From Basidiobolus meristosporus CBS 931.73 (lineage: Eukaryota > Fungi > Basidiobolomycota), in NCBI GenBank assembly GCA_002104905.1, contig MCFE01000511.1:1-64000 (forward strand): 64,000 nt of DNA, written 5' to 3'. Within the stretch, counting starts at the first letter, position 1. Each line of letters starts with the position of its first letter. The notes beneath the pieces were generated by a model that made no database searches, was not told where the DNA came from, and was given only the letters and a program-made list of their open reading frames with translations. The position numbers and the translations under genes are program-made. Shown one piece after another: positions 60,647 through 64,000 of this stretch.

Positions 60647-63600
60647 GGGTTAGGGGGGGAGACAGTCACCAACAGGTGAAATCTTTATTTCAGTTGAAAC
60701 AAAGAAGCCAGCGCTACTGCTGTAGCTTTGATACAAGAATGTGTAGCTGAGGGGAATTTGTAGGTAAGTTAATAAGAAGTGATGATAGTTCTTCAGTGCT
60801 CAAGACACTGTTCAGTGGGAAGGGGGGTAGCAAGAGAGTTAAGAATGACTTGTGAACAACATTAATGAGGGGAATGTGATAAGGATTGATATTCATCATA
60901 AAGGGAGTGTGCTGCTGCAGATATTGCTGCCAAAGGTCTGTCAGGTACTTCTGGTAGGCCAGCTTGGGTTTTTCTGACTGCAGAATATAGTGAGCAAACT
61001 TCTTGACTTCAGGATCTCCAAGTATTGTTCTCCAGCAGGAGTCAGGTGTTGTGTGGTGTGTTCTCTTCCAGGCCTTAATCAATGGGTTGTTGCAGTTGTG
61101 AAGTCTGAGGTATAATCTGGTTCTAAGGTAGAGAAGTCTGATCTTATAGGGCATAAACCCAAAAGCACCAAGAATAGCATGTCTGTAGGGGCATTCAGGC
61201 AAATGAGGCACCAAGGAGGTAATGCACCATACTGCAAACTTGTCAAGCTTAGTGCAGTCTCTAGAAGTAAGAGAGAGAAGTGGTAAGCCAAATTCCAGGA
61301 CAGGGAAGACAAACTGCTTGAGTAGAAGGAGGCAGCTGGGAGCTGAAGTTGTAGGAGGAGTAACAGCCAGTAGCTTGTGGAGTGCCTGTCTTGCCAGGAT
61401 AATTCTCTTCTTCAGGTGTGCTCCAGAGTCTAGTCCAGTAGGAAGGAAAGGAAAGCCAAGATATGTAGCAGAAACCTGAGCAGGTAGAGTGGAGTTCTCC
61501 AAGTTGATAGGAGAGCCCAAAGGTACTGTCTTTGCAATGGAAAGCTGGAGATTATTCTTCTGCAGATACTGCTGGATGGTCTGGGAGTCTTGTTGCACAT
61601 TGGAGGAGGATATTCTGATGTCATCAGCAAAGAGAGTAACCAGGCAGTCAGCTGAGAGTCTTGGGAAATCATTCAGGAAGATGGCAAACAGTATAGGACC
61701 AAGCACAGAGCCTTGAACCACTCCATTAGGAACTGAGAACACAGCTGATTGCTCACTTGGGTGCAGAATTCTTGCTTGTGGATCCAGAAACAGAGACCTG
61801 ACAAGGAGGGTGAGAGAGGTACTGGAGAAGCATTGCAACTTGGACCAAAGCAGATTTCTGTCAACTTAATCAAAGGCCTTAGTAATATCAAACAGAACAG
61901 AGGGATACTTGCACTGGAGAGAGTGATCTTGGCTAAGTATGACTGCATATTCCAAGGAGAGGCCAGGAACAAAGCCAAACTGTGCAGGATGAAACTTGAG
62001 GGAGTCAGAGTAGAGCTCCTGAGCAAGCAGAAGCTCAAACACCTTTCTGCAGGTGGGCAGCAGAGATATTGGCCTGTAGGAGCTAGGATCCAGGTGCTTT
62101 CCTTTACCCTTGTACAGTGGCAGAACATTTGCAAAGGACCATTCCTCAGGAGTAGAAAGCTGGGCTGAGCATTGCTGAAACAGTGGAAGCAGAAGTGCAG
62201 ACATGGCCTTGGTACCAGTCTTCAGAAGCTCATAAGAGATTGTGTCCACACCTGGAGCAGTAGAGTTGGGAAGCCTCTTGAGCACATTATGGATTCTCCT
62301 TTGATCAAGTGCAAGTGGGATGGGCAGAGTCTTGAAGTCAGGATGAAAGCCAGGAGTTGAGTACTGCTTTGTAGAGAAGAAGATGTTAGCCAGCTGTTCT
62401 GTTGAAGGTAACTTCCTGGAAGAGGGCCTCATTGCCCTGTAGAGTCTTGATACTGTTCTTGTTATAGAGTTGGAAGATTGCAGAGGCAAGGAACTCATAA
62501 TATGATCCCAGAGCTGAGTATGCAGAGTGTGGTGAATTGCCTTGGAGTGGTGTATTGCTGTCAGGAGGAGTTTCTCTGTTTTTGGGTTAGGGAAACTCAG
62601 GTAGCTTTGTTGCAGGGCTGAAACAATGGATTCCCATTTTCTTGAGGTAACAGCAGTAGTCTTGCATGGCAGTGAGAGGGAGGCAGACACCAGAATCAGA
62701 TGCTTCACAAAGAGCCAGGCATAGTTGAGATCATCTGGCAGAGAAAGTAGCAAACTGGCAAGCTTCAAGTAGTTCCCAAAGTCTTTCTTCTGATTCTTGG
62801 TAGCTTTGTGGGTGAGCACAGTAAGTTTTGGCAGCTTCTTCTTCACAACTGGTTGCATAGAAAGGGACCAGGCTGGATGGTCAGAGGCTCTCAAGGATCC
62901 TAGCTCAGCTCCAGAGAATTGCTTAACTTCATTCACAATGTAGAGGGCAGCAGCAGAAGGGCAGATCCAGTCAACACATCTTTTCTCAGATTGAGCACCT
63001 AGTGCTAGCAGGTGGCTTTCTCTCAGGAAGTTCAGTAGGAATGTAGACCTTGGCTTCATTCTTGCAGTCAGAGTAGTCTTGTTCTCAGGATGGGGAATGT
63101 TGAGATCTCCAAGCAAGATAACAGGTGTTAATATAGATTGTTGGTATTGCTGAACCTTCTGGCATATAACTTGCACTTCTTGAAGGGCAAGACTTGGAGG
63201 CAGATAGCAGAGCACCAGACTGATAGTTGGCAACTGGAGAGCAGCACAGTAAGGGGAGTAAAGAGGAACACAGAGCTGAGGAGTATTGATGGTAGAAGAG
63301 ATGAAGCAGATAGAGGAGGTATTCTTTGTTCTAGGAGTAGAAAAGCAATATAGATTAGTCAAAAGTATAGAGGGTAGCTGGACATCAATCAAACACAGGA
63401 GGGAAAATCTTGAAAGAAGTCTTTCTAGAGTTGGTCTTGATGGCTGTATGCTGTTGCAGTTAAGCAACAGAACTTCAGGTAGTCAGGCAGAGGTTGTAGC
63501 TTCTTCAGAGGCAGCATTGATAATGTGACCTGCAGAGTCCCAGAGCTCTTCAAATGGTGCATCACTTAAGTCAGCAAGGAGGGAAATGGCATGATTCTTG

Positions 63601-64000
63601 AGGAAGTATGCCACATCATAGGAGGGGGCTTGTCTCTTGATGGCAGCAAAGAAAGACAGAATGGCAACATGGGCTGGAGGCTTGTTGAACAGTAGAGAGT
63701 CAGAGGATTCAGATTCTTCAGGCACTATCTTGAAGTCAGTTTTCAGCCAGTTAAGGTTCTTCTCCACAAAGGTAACAAATGGGTCAGCAATGTTTTGGTC
63801 TAGGATAACCTCCAGAATCTTCCCTTTTCTCCAGGCCAGGTTGACAATTCTTGAGAGCTGAATATTGCATGCCTTGAGTGCTTTCCTGATGTTGGAAATG
63901 GGAGTCCAGGGAACTTGCTTCAAGTACACCACAGTCCAGGTAGAAGCTGGTGGTAGGTTTGCTGGGGGCTTGTAAGTCCTTCTGTGTTGCAATGGAGCTG
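60647..64000 (-). mobile_element. Non-LTR retrotransposon (LINE): ORF1 (open to the window edge), APE endonuclease, RT, short 3' UTR
   Basis: APE motifs LLNCNS, VILLGDLN, VDWI, SDH; RT motifs APGVD, YRPISLL, QFGF, DITKAFD, GVVQGSVLGP, LFADD, YLG. One in-frame TAA at 61866-61868 and one TGA at 63483-63485. Confidence 0.93.

Noticed and set aside
60262-60660. Interstitial telomere
   Set aside because: Only single GGTTAGGG units embedded in element tails; no tandem TTAGGG array.
60262-60713. CRISPR-like repeat-spacer array
   Set aside because: Eukaryotic context, only three imperfect units with unequal spacing, explained as retroelement tails.

Overview
Eukaryotic, intron-containing fungal DNA. 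Velvet and Zn2Cys6 genes indicate a fungus, and the MMADHC/CblD cobalamin gene points to an early-diverging, non-Dikarya lineage; the species cannot be determined from the sequence. The window has three blocks. (1) 1 to ~25.2 kb is a CpG-poor transposon nest: Ty3/Gypsy relics, two Ty1/Copia families primed by half-tRNA-iMet (one near-intact copy nested in its own family), a PIF/Harbinger-type transposase relic and an unclassified two-ORF repeat. (2) ~25.2-55.3 kb is a CpG-rich gene block: an unexplained ~4 kb GC-rich stretch, a velvet regulator, MMADHC, a two-finger SreA-like GATA factor, a tandem pair of Zn2Cys6 factors, an orphan 2-TM gene, SEC27, TFA2, RPL19 and a frameshifted ABCB/MDR transporter. 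(3) 55.3-64 kb is a second nest: Copia LTRs, a chromovirus tail and an APE-RT LINE. The LINE is the most unusual object. It has no CpG in 3.3 kb of almost fully open frame, its ORF1 and ORF2 are in one frame joined by UGA-CUA with no ORF2 AUG, and it ends in three stem-loop/TAACC 3' tails separated by hairpins with compensatory base changes. All alignments and counts were made by eye; no database searches were run.
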